Below, one piece after another: positions 28,271 to 41,283 of a stretch of DNA of 64,000 nucleotides (position 1 is its first letter; the number at the start of each line of letters is the position of its first letter). Both the position numbers and the translations under genes were made by a program. The stretch covers positions 22,816,001 through 22,880,000 of the forward strand of contig OX597819.1 in assembly GCA_951406725.2 (NCBI GenBank), given 5' to 3'. The notes below the pieces were generated by a model. That model had not been told where the DNA came from. It searched no databases and saw nothing but the letters and a program-made list of their open reading frames with translations. This DNA comes from Octopus vulgaris (lineage: Eukaryota).

Positions 28271-29244
28271 CAAAGAATGTTAGTATGACTCTCTAAATCG
28301 CACATATTCTACTACAGCATACTGTAATGCATGAATAAAAACAAGTGTGTGTATTTATTCGGTAAACAGTCAATATTAAGTAACAAACAAGGTGGCAAGC
28401 TGGCGAAGTTGTTAGCACGCCGGAAAAATGCTTAGCGGCATTTCGTCCGTTTTTACGTTCTGAGTTCAAATTCCTCCGAGGTAGACTTACCCTTTCACTA
28501 TTTCAAGGTCAATAAAATAAGTGCCAGAGGAATACTGGAGTTGATGTAATCGACTTACCCCCTCCGATGTACTTGTTGGCCTTGTGCGAAAATTTGAAAT
28601 CAGTATTAATTTACGAACAATATATTTTAAAACTCATTTCAAAATAGAATTGCCGGCTAAATAGGAAGTTGTCAGGGAAATTAGTTGTTTTTTTCTTATA
28701 TATATATTTTAATCCTTTCCAATTTCTGAGATATTTGAACTAACACGAAAATTATTTTTATCCTAATGTTTTATGATTTGTTTTGTAACTCTATTCTTTC
28801 GCTACAACTTACGTTTATTTTTCTCTTAAATTTTTATACATTTTACGTGTTCTAACACCTGACCCAAAAGAATGAGGCTGGGGGGCGAACTAATTTATCT
28901 GACAACTCAACATATCACGGAATATTTTTTTGTTTGTTCTTCAGATATCATACATAACCATAGATTTCATTTCCATTAGTTTTCAAGCTACCTTCCTATA
29001 CTGGTTTCAAATTTTGGCACAAGGTCAGCCAACTCCGAAAGGATGAAAGGCAAAGTCGATCCGGGCGGCGTTCGAACTCAAAGCATAAAGATGGACTGTC
29101 CTCATCTATCGAAGTCATGCTTATATCTCTGTATTTTACAATCGAGCTTTTGAATTAATAATGTCTCAATTAACCAACTATTTTCACAAATAGTAATTTT
29201 TCATTTCTATATTTAAGAGATGAGGAATTACGTGCATTATTTAC

Positions 29245-29572
29245 ATTATTTACATTGGACGGATATTTGTCCTGATCTTGTTTGCTGTTAACACAACGTT
29301 TCGGCTGATATACCCTCCAGCATTCATCAGGTGTCTTGGGAGAAATTTCGGACCTGGGTTCTTATTCCTAAGGTATTTTTCGATGTTATTAATGTTATTA
29401 TTATTCAGGTCACTGCGTGGAATCGAACTCGGAATCCTGGGGTTAGTAGCGCGCTCCTAACCACTACACCATATTCCCCAAGATACCTGATGAATCCTAG
29501 AGAATATATCAGCCGAAACGTTGTGCTAACAACAAAGAAGACGAGGATAAATATCCGTCAAATGTAAATAAT
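29245..29572 (-). mobile_element. tRNA-headed SINE with hammerhead tail and 5' inverted duplicate of its 3' end
   Basis: tRNA-like head 29472->29405 (tggtgtagtggttagg...gagttcgattcc); HHR at 29335->29290; arm 29476-29572 is the reverse complement of 29245-29341. Confidence 0.75.
29290..29335 (-). ncRNA. Minimal type I hammerhead ribozyme
   Basis: gacac-CTGATGA-at-GCTG-gagggtatat-CAGC-c-GAAAC-GTT|gtgtt: stem I gacac/gtgtt, palindromic stem III ACGT. One mismatch at the base of stem II. Confidence 0.7.
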
Positions 29573-29606
29573 AGTAATTTTTCGTTTACATTTTTTCATA
29601 TTCAAG

Positions 29607-29659
29607 GTTACGTGAGTTACAGTACCTAAAGCTACAGCATAACCAACTCAAGTCATTTG
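29607..29659 (+). CDS. LRR protein exon (LRELQYLKLQHNQLKSF[G]), phase 2-1
   Basis: Pyrimidine tract with aag acceptor, gtaagt donor, LRR motif; phases match. Confidence 0.9.
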
Positions 29660-31664
29660 GTAAGTTTAAGTAGAATATCTAATTTTTCTTTCATTTTCAT
29701 ATGATTCTTTGCCTAAGTTTATGTTGCACAACGCTTTGCTGATACAAAGCGTTGTACAGACGTATAACATACAGGGAATCAGTTGAATGGCTAAGTGTAA
29801 TCTACAGATGCATGCTTTCAGATGCGCTATATCTACGTTGCAGAAGTATGCTGCATGGACTTTGCAACTTAATAAGTAGATTGCTGTTTATCGTTCTCTG
29901 TTGGTCTTAACTGTAGAAGTGCAGAGCAGGGCTAAGCGGAATCTTATAGTTAGAATAATGCAAGTTAGTGGATGTTGCATAAATCATTATTTTTACTACA
30001 TCTAAGTTATATAAGAACTGGAATGTTTGAGTTGAGAAGTCCGAACCTGTAAGCAAATTAATGAGTTATAGTAGACGTAATAAGGATGAGGTTTTCTAAA
30101 CGTTTGAATAGCAAACACGCGAAGACGGACGTCTGAGTGAGGTGCTTCTATTTTACTTGTTTCAGTCATTGGACTGCGGCCATGATGGGGCACGACATTG
30201 AAGTGTTTAGTCGAACAGACTAACTCAGTACTTACTTTAAATTCTAGTACTTATTCTAACGGATCTCTTTTGCCGAACCACTAAGTCATTAAGTTACCGA
30301 GGCGTAAACAAGCCAATACCAATTGTCAAACGGTGAGAGAAACAAACACCAACACAAATACACTCGCATATACACACGGCGAGCTTCATACACACTTTGC
30401 GTCTACGAAATCTATTCGACTCTGGACCATAGCAGAAAACACTTTCTCAAGGTACTGTGCACAGGGACATGAGTTAAAGCAAACTTCTTAAACATACAGT
30501 TATATGTGCACCATTACAATTTAAAAACCGATTAATGTAGAAATAAGAACATGGAAGTAGTGATGAAAAGATATTGCCAGGATGAAAGCTTGGGGTTACT
30601 GGAAGGGAGTCTCGTAGTGAAAGTATAAAATGATGGTCATAGCGTTGACCTGCACTTTGAGAATTGCAAACCGACTTGGATAAAGAAGCATCAAAATTTA
30701 GGAGCAAACATGATAAGCAGATTGATTCGGGTGGAACGTGGCGCCCTATTTTTGTATCTTCACTGCTATATAACATAAGAATAGAACACTAAGCAAAATG
30801 GTACACAAGCTACTTTTAAAGGGATACATCGGTCTATGATGGGTTAAATATTTTCTTAATGTAGTTATCCAACATTTTTGAATAACGCTCTCAGTATGAT
30901 TGCAATTGAATATCGCAATCAATATCACACAATAGTGGAGATATGTTGCTATGTCTGCGTTCTTCTATGGAATATACACATGCTAAACATTATTGGAATT
31001 ATTTTGATGGTACGAATACAATGTTTTATTGAACAATGATTAGTAATTTCACAATTGTGCACGTCATGTGGTTGCTTGATGCCAATACCAATACGTTAGG
31101 CTGGAGCAATCTGCAATCGAATATTCATATGTGGAACAAACGATTGGCGCAACGATTTCAACCGACACATTAGACGAAATACAAGCTTTCAAAGACCGGG
31201 TATTCAAATACATCTTACTCTCATATATGAGACAATGGAGTGAAGACTGATTTACTGGTCTAAAACCAGAGACCTAAAGATCCTGCAATATTTATGAATG
31301 CATAACAAAAACGATGTAGACAAAGATAAAAATCATTAGTATATTATACGTATTGTTCTGTTTTCATAAAGAATAGTCTGTAAAAATAAGATTACGAGAA
31401 TATTTTTAATGCAACATACGAACATGGACACAATCTTTCTACATCATAAACCTTTAGAGAATTATACATAGATATACACACACTTTTATATATGTATGCA
31501 TGCGTATGTATGCATATGTATACATATGTATGTATTTATACATACATATGACTTTATATCTATCTACATATATAACTATATGTAGATAGATATATGTGAC
31601 CGCGTGTGTACCGTTGACGATTTTTTCCTCTGTCTTCCCTTCTCTGGATCTTTCCTTCTCCTAT

Positions 31665-31699
31665 GTTTCCGACGACGAGCTCCGCTCGAAACGTTAAAC
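31665..31699 (+). ncRNA. Minimal HHR (U4C variant) in a PLE-terminus remnant (approx. 31590-31800)
   Basis: gttt-CCGACGA-c-GAGC-tcc-GCTC-GAAAC-GTT|aaac. Same family as 42352-42386 and 54767-54804. An inverted truncated remnant lies at 33386-33490. Confidence 0.65.
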
Positions 31700-32150
31700 C
31701 CTCCTTCTTCCCTTCCTTCCTGAGCGTCCAATAATACTATATTTGTTCCACGTCCTCGCGTTGTTGTGTTTTCTCTTTGTGTTTTCATGTTTGGATTAAC
31801 TTTATAACTATATATACATACATGTATGTGTGTGTGTACATTTGTGTGACCTATGTATGTATGTATGTATCTATCTATCTATCTAGCTAGCTAGCTAGTT
31901 ATATCTGTATATGCAAATATATGTTATATATATACATGAATATATTTATATATATGCAGCGATAAAATATATACATGTATAGATATAGTAAGAGAGAGGG
32001 AGAGAGAGGAAGAGAGAGAGAGAAATCTGGTATTTTGGGAAGGTGATCTTACTATGACTCTGGGCCGGCTAAAACACAGTAAATGGATTCGGTCGACGGG
32101 ATGCTGGAAGGTAGGTTGCCACGTACGCATGGATTTATCCATTTATATGT

Positions 32151-32201
<51 letters not shown>

Positions 32202-32884
32202 GGAAATCCAGAGATGCTTAATATAGAATACACGTAATAGTGCTCAGTTGATTTGAGCATACACTACGAAGTCTTTATCGTTGACTAAGTGGGGGGGGGG
32301 GGTCGGGTTAAGATTGGCTATAAAAGGAATCCAGTTGAGCTTACATGTAGTTAGTGATGCAAATAAGTACGACGGGACTTGATATGTAAAATAAACATCC
32401 ATGCATAGATGTAGAGAGAAAGCAATTAAATAATTATATATCTAGAGAATAGATTTACATGGAGTACAAAAAGAACAGATACAGAAAACTAAGAGAGGGT
32501 ATAGAATTTTAGGTCCAACAGCTGTTTCTAGGATCTCAGAATTACGTAATTGTCGTAGTTTGCAAATTGGTGTAGTTTGCAAACAGTCAAGGGTGTGCAA
32601 CAAGTAGTGGATGCATACAAACATTTCTGTAAGTGCGGCCTCCGTTTTTAGGATGGAGAGATTAGCATCTAACATTTCATATCATAATTCAGGGAATTTA
32701 AACGGGTGAAGAAGAACGCAAATAGAAATGGGTGGAAGGAGGAAGTAAGCGGTTCGGAGGTGGGCGGAGTGTTGCAACAGCGGAAGGTTAAGAAGAGGTA
32801 GGAAACACAGAGCAGGAAGAGGGAGAAGGTAAGTGAAGTCGAAGGGTGAATCGAAAATGGGTAGTATTATGTAGGCAATATTTC

Positions 32885-33200
32885 CCTTTTCTCTTCGAGA
32901 TTTCAGTATTCATGCGTCGGCGCATATTCACTGCGTGCCCTAAGTAGACGTACTCCTATACTTCCTCGATTTCATTGGTTTCCATCACTATTCGACCATG
33001 CGCAACATATTCGCACCCCTTTTTTAAATTTGTGTTCATGTGGCTCATTTTAAGGCTTCCTACCGGGATATGGGTGTCTCGCTCTGTCAGCAAGGTCTGC
33101 AATTGATTTATATTTTGGCAATGTGTAGGTTGTCATTTGTGAATCTGTGGTGTCTTAGTAGCTCGCCGTTGATGTTCACGCCACCTATCCGGTCAAGAAG
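32885..33200 (-). pseudogene. RTE-clade LINE RT fragment (decayed)
   Basis: Manual translation gives GGVNINGELLRHHRFTND...NEIEEV*EYVYLGHAV, matching decayed RTE LRFADD / EYVYLG motifs. Confidence 0.6.
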
Positions 33201-33335
33201 AGTGCAGTTGAAGGAGTAAGCATGTTACCGTAAAGTTTCTATAAGAACTACAATACGATGGATTACATATTTATTCTGGGAAGGATGGCAAATACATCAT
33301 CCCTCCATAGCTCTTCATCACATGCCTAGAAATGA

Positions 33336-33389
<54 letters not shown>

Positions 33390-33634
33390 ATCCAAACAAG
33401 AAAACAGAAAAAAAGAGAAAAAAAAACACAGCAACGCAGGACGTGGAACAATTAAAGTATTATTGACGCTCAGGAAAGAAGGGAAGGAATATATATATAT
33501 AGATATAGATATATGTATATATATATGTATATATATATAGTGTACTCTTCCGTGATGGTAAGACCAACCAAAGAAAAAGTATTCCATCAGGTGAGAGATA
33601 AATATGACTTAATAAGCACAATATATGTGTTTAT

Positions 33635-33714
33635 GTGCTAATATTAGTTTCATGTACTGAGAGCACGCCAGATATTTTTAACACGTCTGGTGTCCTAGTA
33701 CAATCATCAGGCAC
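33635..33714 (-). ncRNA. Putative HHR with extended stem II
   Basis: gtgc-CTGATGA-t-TGTACT..CCAGA..TCTGG..AGTACA-t-GAAACTAATATTA|gcac. Stem III is irregular. Confidence 0.5.
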
Positions 33715-35616
33715 TACTCACATGGCATAACGAGCTAAAATTGAACGATAGGATGAGCAAAAAGTGAAAATAAGCTACAAAGTTGTAGATATAAAAAGTA
33801 AAAGGCTGAAAAACCGGAAAACGAAAAAGAAAACAGGAAGAAGTAAACGTGGGGAATTAATAATCTGTTTCAAGCTGATTTTTTAGGTGCTTCCCTAGAC
33901 CCGATCTCCCCGTCTTATAAAGTTTATCATAAGCCTAACGAGAAACTCTCCTATATACATAAAGTGTCTTGTCTCCCCTACCTCGTAGTATTTAAAAACC
34001 TGATAACTAACATTAGTAATAGAGTTTCTAACCTCTCTCCATATATACTTATTAGCCTGCGAAGCACTGTGCAGTAATTCAGGTTATTGTTAATTTCTAC
34101 GAGTATTTGTCTCAATGCCTTTAACAACGGTTACTGGTCCCTAAGAAAGAATACCAAAGCTATCAGAAAGTTCCTATAACTGATGTTAGTTTTCCAGCTG
34201 TAGAGATTATTAATAACACCATTCATCATGTTAATACGTTAACAAGTGTTTCGATTCTTGTCTGATTCAGCAGTTTGAGGCGCCTCTGGCTGGTGAGACA
34301 CAGCGATGGCAGAACACAAGGTTCCCAGCCCAGGATACCTCTCGATAATGAATCGAGTGTGTTATGACAGTACATTCGTCGTGAAGGCGATACTCTGTGA
34401 CGAAACACAAAAGTGGTTAGCTTATTCACAATCGAATCTACTGGAGCATATTAAGAATAAATTTGCAAGCCGTTGTTTCCATTGTCGCTGTTCACCGTGA
34501 TTATAAAGATTTATGAAATATATCAGTAACTGACAATCACCACTGATCCAACTGAAAGAGATTTGCAAAAAGAAAATCAGAAAGCGAAGTTACATACACA
34601 AGCAATTGGACACATACCTCCATACACAGATGCGCAGACGTATATATAGAGAGAAGGATAGAGATTGGGACAGAGAGAGAGAGAGAGATTCCATAAATTA
34701 TAGACTGGATATAAATATAGACGATTTCACTTCAAGCATCAAAGCACAAACTATTATCCACGCATTAGAGTGTTGAAAACTGCTATTGAAATGAAGCGAA
34801 TTAAACATAGTGTATTCCTCTCCGAATTCTTGTAAATGATACAATTTATGGTTATATTATTTTACAGAAATTATGTCTTTACTTATATATAAATGTAAGA
34901 CCATTAAGAAAAGAGGAAAATACGTGAATAACACTTGCAATGGCCATTATCGTCTTCCGGCTATTCAAAATATATAGCTAGTGGGGATTGGAGACATAGA
35001 AATCAGCTGATAATGGTAATGATACGCCTGTTTATGTGGTCGAGGTAATATTAGTCTATGTTGATGCATGTGATGTATTTAGCAGAATTTTAAAAACTAG
35101 GGTAATAGTGTTGATTTGATTTTCTTTTCTCATTGGCATCATTTGTTTATGGTTGTCCTTCAGCTAAAATCAATAATCACATTGTCTTTTTCCGAAATAA
35201 CCTTTTCGTTTATATTCTTTCTACAGAAGCGGGATAAACTTCAGCTCATTTCATTGAAACACTTCTTTAGGCTTTTTACGCATCTTCTTTGGTCGGACGA
35301 TGAGTTTTGTTTTCATTCATGTTTACCGCAATGACTACTTACGATTATCTCTTTACCATTATCAGCATCATTGCTTTAGCGAGCAACATTTACATTCTTG
35401 CATGGTTCAGACGGAGTTTATTAAGGCAGAATTTGTGCAGCTGGGTGCCCCTTTCTGTTGCCAACTATCACATGTTTCCCTATGGCCAGATATTTTCTGG
35501 CAAAAAAATATTTAAAACGCTTCCCATTTATTTACAGCAATCACGGAATGTCAAGACAACTTGTCGAACAATCCTACTCACCCACTCACATATGCACAAA
35601 CCTACATACAGATATG

Positions 35617-35910
35617 TGGAGGCGCAATGGCCTAGTGGTTAGGGCAGTGGACTCGCGGTCGCAGGATCGCGGTTTCCATTCCCAGACCGGGCGTTGTGTG
35701 TGTTTATTGAGCGAAAACACCTAAAAAGCTCCACGAGGCTCCGGCAGGGGGTGGTGATCCCTGCTGTACCCTTTCACCACTCTTTCTTCTGTTGGCCTGC
35801 TCGCTTAGCCAGCGGGGTGGCGTCATTCGAAGGCTAAAACAATGCGAACGCATTGTGACCAGCGATGTGTAACAACGTCTGATGGTCTGGTCGATCACGT
35901 GATCACGTGA
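35617..35910 (+). mobile_element. tRNA-derived SINE family C (tail variant 2)
   Basis: tggcctagtggttagggcagtggactcgcggtc head. The tail aaggctaaaacaatgcg...cacgtgat also occurs at approx. 2855-2932. Confidence 0.75.
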
Positions 35911-36831
35911 CATACAGATATATGTGCGTATATGCGTATATGTATAGTGTGTGCGTGTGCGTGTGCGCGCACGTGTATGTGTGTGAGTGTCTACAGTTAT
36001 ATGTTTATTTCTTAATTTCCCACAGGGGGCTAACCATAGAGGCAACAAACAAGTACAGACAAAGGGGTTAAGTCGATTACATCTACCCCCAGCGCGTAAC
36101 TGGTACTCATTTAATGGACCCCGAAAGGATGGCAAATGAACAACTATATACACGGCTACTTCTATAAGATTAGAACTGCACGTAGATTTTATTATCCAAT
36201 CAGCTACCAGTAGTTAAGTCAGCCACTTCAAAATTAGTAGAGTTCATAAATTTGATATACAGAGCATAGGTAGGAGAAAAATTAAGATGAACACAAATAT
36301 AAATGTTTAGTTTCTACGTACGTTTCACCGTTGTATATTTGGAACACAACATTGGTTGCTCCAAGTACATATCGATGCTTAACCGTAGTGGATCATCAAA
36401 GGAAGACTTCATAGCGATCTGCTACAGAGATCTAACACCTGAAATCAGACGCATAGTGCGGTAATTTATAAGTATTTAGAGAAGGATCGGGAAAGGATGC
36501 ATATGTATCAGTAAAAGCAGCAGAATTTAAGGACTTACATAGACATATGTGCATAATATATATGCGAGCGGTGGCCAAAAAGGCTTGGCTAGAAAACTAG
36601 ATTTCCGAGTACTTTTACAGAGTCCAGAAAACTGAAGAACCGCTGCAATGTGTGCATTTGAGAGGGAAATATATAGAATAAAAACACAATAAACAGATCC
36701 TTCTGTATTTTCTATTATGCAAAACCATGAACTATTCTGCACACCCTCATATACACAGGTACACATCTATGCAATTATATATGTTGTATATACGCTCTAT
36801 ATGTTGTATATAGACAGGAAGACGATGAAAT

Positions 36832-36878
<47 letters not shown>

Positions 36879-36983
36879 TTGAATGGACTCTCCCGTCGTT
36901 AGATGACGTTTGAGGGTTCGACAATGTCTTAGCGAACAACGACACAGATGTATGTTTATAATGATCAAATGTGATCAAATGTT

Positions 36984-37063
<80 letters not shown>

Positions 37064-37068
37064 TATAT

Positions 37069-37119
<51 letters not shown>

Positions 37120-37714
37120 CGTGTGTGTATGTCAGTGTGTGTGACTACATGTATTATGTATATATATATATATTTGCACATATACACACATATAAACACA
37201 TACTCTTTCTCATAGTCATAAGTAAACATTTGTATGCAATGAGTTATTTGAAAAGCATCTTGTAAATTTTATTTCTTTTAATGTATTTATAATATATTAT
37301 TTTTCTATAGAACGGTATTTCGCCGAATTTACCATTTTCAGAGTTCCGATAAATTATGGACCTTGAGAGGCTCACTTGAAATTCTGCCTTAATCTCCCAA
37401 TTTTGAATTCCCCACTTTCTCGTATAATTTGTACATTACGGTCAAGTTTACGACCTGACTTTAAACTGATTTGTGGGCGGATTTGGCAGACAGGAACTCT
37501 TAGGAAATTTGTCAAAAAATATCAACCACGCACCCGCGCGCGCACACACGTACACACGCAACATACTCATTCACATGCATATATATATATAAATATATAA
37601 ATATATAAATATATATGTAGGCATATATTTATTAATATGTGTGTATATATGTAGATAATATGTGTATATATATATGCATATATATATATATGTATATATA
37701 TATATATGTATGCA

Positions 37715-37759
<45 letters not shown>

Positions 37760-38215
37760 ATATATGTATATATATACGTGTGTATATATATATATGTTTA
37801 TATATATCTATATATATATGTATATATAATTGTATATATATATATATACATACATATATATATATCTATATATATATATATATATGTATATATATCTACA
37901 AATATATATATATGTGTATGTATGTATGTATGTATCTATCTGTCTATCTATCTATGTATGTAACTAATGAAGGATAACATTTTTTTTTTCCTTTTCGGGA
38001 AAAAAAATTTATCAATGGCCAGCATATCAAAAAATACCTTTAAAGGTTAAATTTATAAATAATTTACAAGATAAGGGCAAAAGAAAAATTCTAATGCCAA
38101 ATATGTGCCGAAAAGTTTTCTATTTTGGATATATTTGGGGTACTTAGTTCTGCTCGGGACTTAGTGCTTGCTTTTTCCATGGGTGTGAGTAAGTATTTCA
38201 CTTATATCTCTCGTA

Positions 38216-38278
38216 TTTGCCGCTGAAGAGGGGAAAATTTCTTACGAATTAACCCCGAAATTGGACCAATACGGTAAG
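38216..38278 (+). ncRNA. Type I hammerhead ribozyme in a fold-back element (38060-38409)
   Basis: tttgccg-CTGAAGA-GGGG-(19 nt)-CCCC-GAAA-TTGG-a-CCAA-TA|cggtaag. All core residues and three stems are present. The element ends are inverted repeats (38060-38113 vs approx. 38353-38409). Confidence 0.8.
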
Positions 38279-39603
38279 AACAAATTTTTTAGAGATTTCT
38301 ATCGGTTTGTTTCGAGACGCATTAATTATAATGGTTTATTGACAATTATTGTCTTTTTTTCGGCATATTTGGCATTAGAACTTTTCTTTTGCCCTTATCT
38401 TGTAAATTATCTATGTATATATATATATATATATATATATGAATAACGTTGGCTAGAACAAAATGCGTGCACTATTGTGTGAGTGTGTGTTTGTGAATGC
38501 GTACAGGTGCTTATGCGTGTATGTGTGCGCATGTTTGTGTGTGTGTGTATGTGCGCGTGTGTGCGACTTATTCTCTTCCCTGTTGATTACCGTTGTTAGC
38601 ATGATCTCTTTACGTGACTGAGCGACTCGTCGAAAGAAAAAAGGTACCACACCTAAAAACCTTGTGCTGTTTTTATTTGACGTGATTGGCGAAACGCTTC
38701 AAGTGTTGGTGTAGTCCAATGATTGACACCGGTACATGCGTACATGCATGGCATATTTATAGACATATATACCTGCATAAATATACATATACACATATTT
38801 ATATATACGCATATATATATGTGTGCGTGTGTGTGTGTGTGTTCAGGAAAGTAAAACGAAACCAGGCATGAATGTATAATCTCATGACAATTCGAAATTT
38901 GCAGTTAAGAAAGAAATTATAATAAAAAGATACGAAAACCACGGAGCGCACATAAAGATTTAACCATTGTGTATGATAATCTGATCTCAATGCAAGCTTG
39001 AAAGGCTCTGAGTGATACGAGAAGACATTAAGTGGAAGTAAATTTGATTTGCATCAACAATATGGTTAAGAGAAAACACCTCGGTGTCCGCTGTGCACAC
39101 CTAAATAAAAAAATAAATAGATACGGTACAGTTCTATATATGCAATATAGTGAGTTGAAAAACTTCGAGTAACTTAGTTTAATCATGTAATTAGTACACA
39201 AAACCTTACTCTAGCAAAGAAGATTGCTAGAGAGAACCAGGATAAAAACTCAATTACATTCTATCCGGCAAATCAGAGATCTATGAATAACTGCGGTTAC
39301 AAATCTAGATTGGATTGTGCACCTGAAAAATATAATTGAGATCGCTAAGATGAAGTTTCTGAATACATATTTCAAATCTTCAGATAAAATATCATTGTTT
39401 TGAAGTTTACCAAGAAAAGTCGAATATTTAATCACGCTTTTGTTACTCGATACGAGAAGTGACATAATATAACCGGAAAAATTCTATGCATAGCGTATCA
39501 TGGCAAAAACCTGATGATATGGTTGTGTTTAATGTTTTAAGTAAAGTGTAATACATATATACATACAGACAGGCATCCATACACAATATATGTATACATA
39601 CAC

Positions 39604-39662
<59 letters not shown>

Positions 39663-39779
39663 AATCAAGGAACGGCCATAATAGGCCATTCACCCACTAG
39701 AAATAACAGCCAAAGCTTCAACCGCAAAATAACATTAATTCCGTAAACCAGGAGAAAATTAAAAAACATTTACCCTGTA

Positions 39780-39886
39780 ATTTCTTATACGATGCACCGT
39801 TTCATCTACTGTTTAATGGTAAACTAACCTGATTAAATTAAATCAAGCCAATCTTCCATAGGCCCTTAGATTCCTCAGTAAGAAAT
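39780..39886 (-). ncRNA. Type I hammerhead ribozyme, array unit 1
   Basis: atttctta-CTGAGGA-ATCTA-(approx. 58 nt)-TAGAT-GAAA-CGGTGCATCG-TA|taagaaat. Predicted cleavage after GUA, between 39788 and 39787. Confidence 0.85.
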
Positions 39887-40267
39887 AGCCAGAACGGAAC
39901 AGATATTTTCACGAGGCATTTCTGTCCCTGCCTCGGCAATATCTGACCTGAAATTTTCAAATCATCGCACTCGCGCCAAATTTATCGGCAGCAAATAAAT
40001 ATAAGCCGCCGATTCCATTACGGAATCAACCAGAAAATTCATAATTAATCAATATAGGGTGGCAAAAAAATTTTGTAGAATTTTTTTGCCACCAGCGGCC
40101 TAGTGGGAAAAAATTAAATAGTCATAGACCATTTATAAGTTCAACATCACAATCAAGGAACGGCCATAATAGGCCATTCACCCACTAGAAATAACAGCCA
40201 AAGCTTCAACCGCAAAATAACATTAATTCCGTAAACCAGGAGAAAATTAAAAAACATTTACCCTGTA

Positions 40268-40374
40268 ATTTCTTATACGATGCACCGTTTCATCTACTGT
40301 TTAATGGTAAACTAACCTGATTAAATTAAATCAAGCCAATCTTCCATAGGCCCTTAGATTCCTCAGTAAGAAAT
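40268..40374 (-). ncRNA. Type I hammerhead ribozyme, array unit 2
   Basis: Same sequence as unit 1, 488 bp away; predicted cleavage at 40276/40275. Confidence 0.85.
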
Positions 40375-40756
40375 AGCCAGAACGGAACAGATATTTTCAC
40401 GAGGCATTTCTGTCCCTGCCTCGGCAATATCTGACCTAAAATTTTCAAATCATCGCACTCGCGCCAAATTTATCGGCAGCAAATAAATATAAGCCGCCGA
40501 TTCCATTACGGAATCAACCAGAAAATTCATAATTAAACAATATTGGGTGGCAAAAAAAATTTTGTAGAATGTTTTTGCCACCAGCGGCCTAGTGGGAAAA
40601 AATTAAATAGTCATAGACCATTTATAAGTTCAACATCACAATCAAGGAACGGCCATAATAGGCCATTCACCCACTAGAAATAACAGCCAAAGCTTCAACC
40701 GCAAAATAACATTAATTCCGTAAACCAGGAGAAAATTAAAAAACATTAACCCTGTA

Positions 40757-40863
40757 ATTTCTTATACGATGCACCGTTTCATCTACTGTTTAATGGTAAA
40801 CTAACCTGATTAAATTAAATCAAGCCAATCTTCCATAGGCCCTTAGATTCCTCAGTAAGAAAT
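40757..40863 (-). ncRNA. Type I hammerhead ribozyme, array unit 3
   Basis: Same sequence as unit 1, 489 bp from unit 2; predicted cleavage at 40765/40764. Confidence 0.85.
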
Positions 40864-41087
40864 AGCCAGAACGGAACAGATATTTTCACGAGGCATTTCT
40901 GTCCCAGCCAAAGCTTCAACCGCAAAATAACATTAATTCCGTAAACCAGGAGAAAATTAAAAAAACATTTACCCTGTAATTTCTTATACGATGCACCGTT
41001 TCATCTACTGTTTAATGGTAAACTAACCTGATTAAATATATTGATTAAATATATATATATATATATATATTGATTAAATATATATAT

Positions 41088-41120
<33 letters not shown>

Positions 41121-41124
41121 TGAT

Positions 41125-41283
<159 letters not shown>

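Larger units (their letters stand above)
39658..41037 (-). repeat. Head-to-tail 488/489-bp tandem array (approx. 2.5 units plus a rearranged partial unit), retrozyme-like
   Basis: Unit starts atcacaatcaagg at 39658, 40146 and 40635. Copies differ at only a few positions. Flanked by (TA)n. Confidence 0.9.

Noticed and set aside
29405-29472. tRNA gene (also the heads at 3380-3453, 28200-28270 and 35617-35690)
   Set aside because: A and B boxes are present, but the cloverleaf is imperfect and each runs into a repeat body, so these are SINE heads.
36310-36420. HHR-like TTGATGA...GAAACGTACGTA on the minus strand
   Set aside because: The 3-8 pair is broken and stems I and II are not convincingly formed; at best a decayed relic.
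39658-41037. Tandem array as CRISPR or plain satellite
   Set aside because: There is no short repeat-unique spacer pattern and no cas genes, and the context is eukaryotic. The conserved ribozyme fold argues for a retrozyme-like element.
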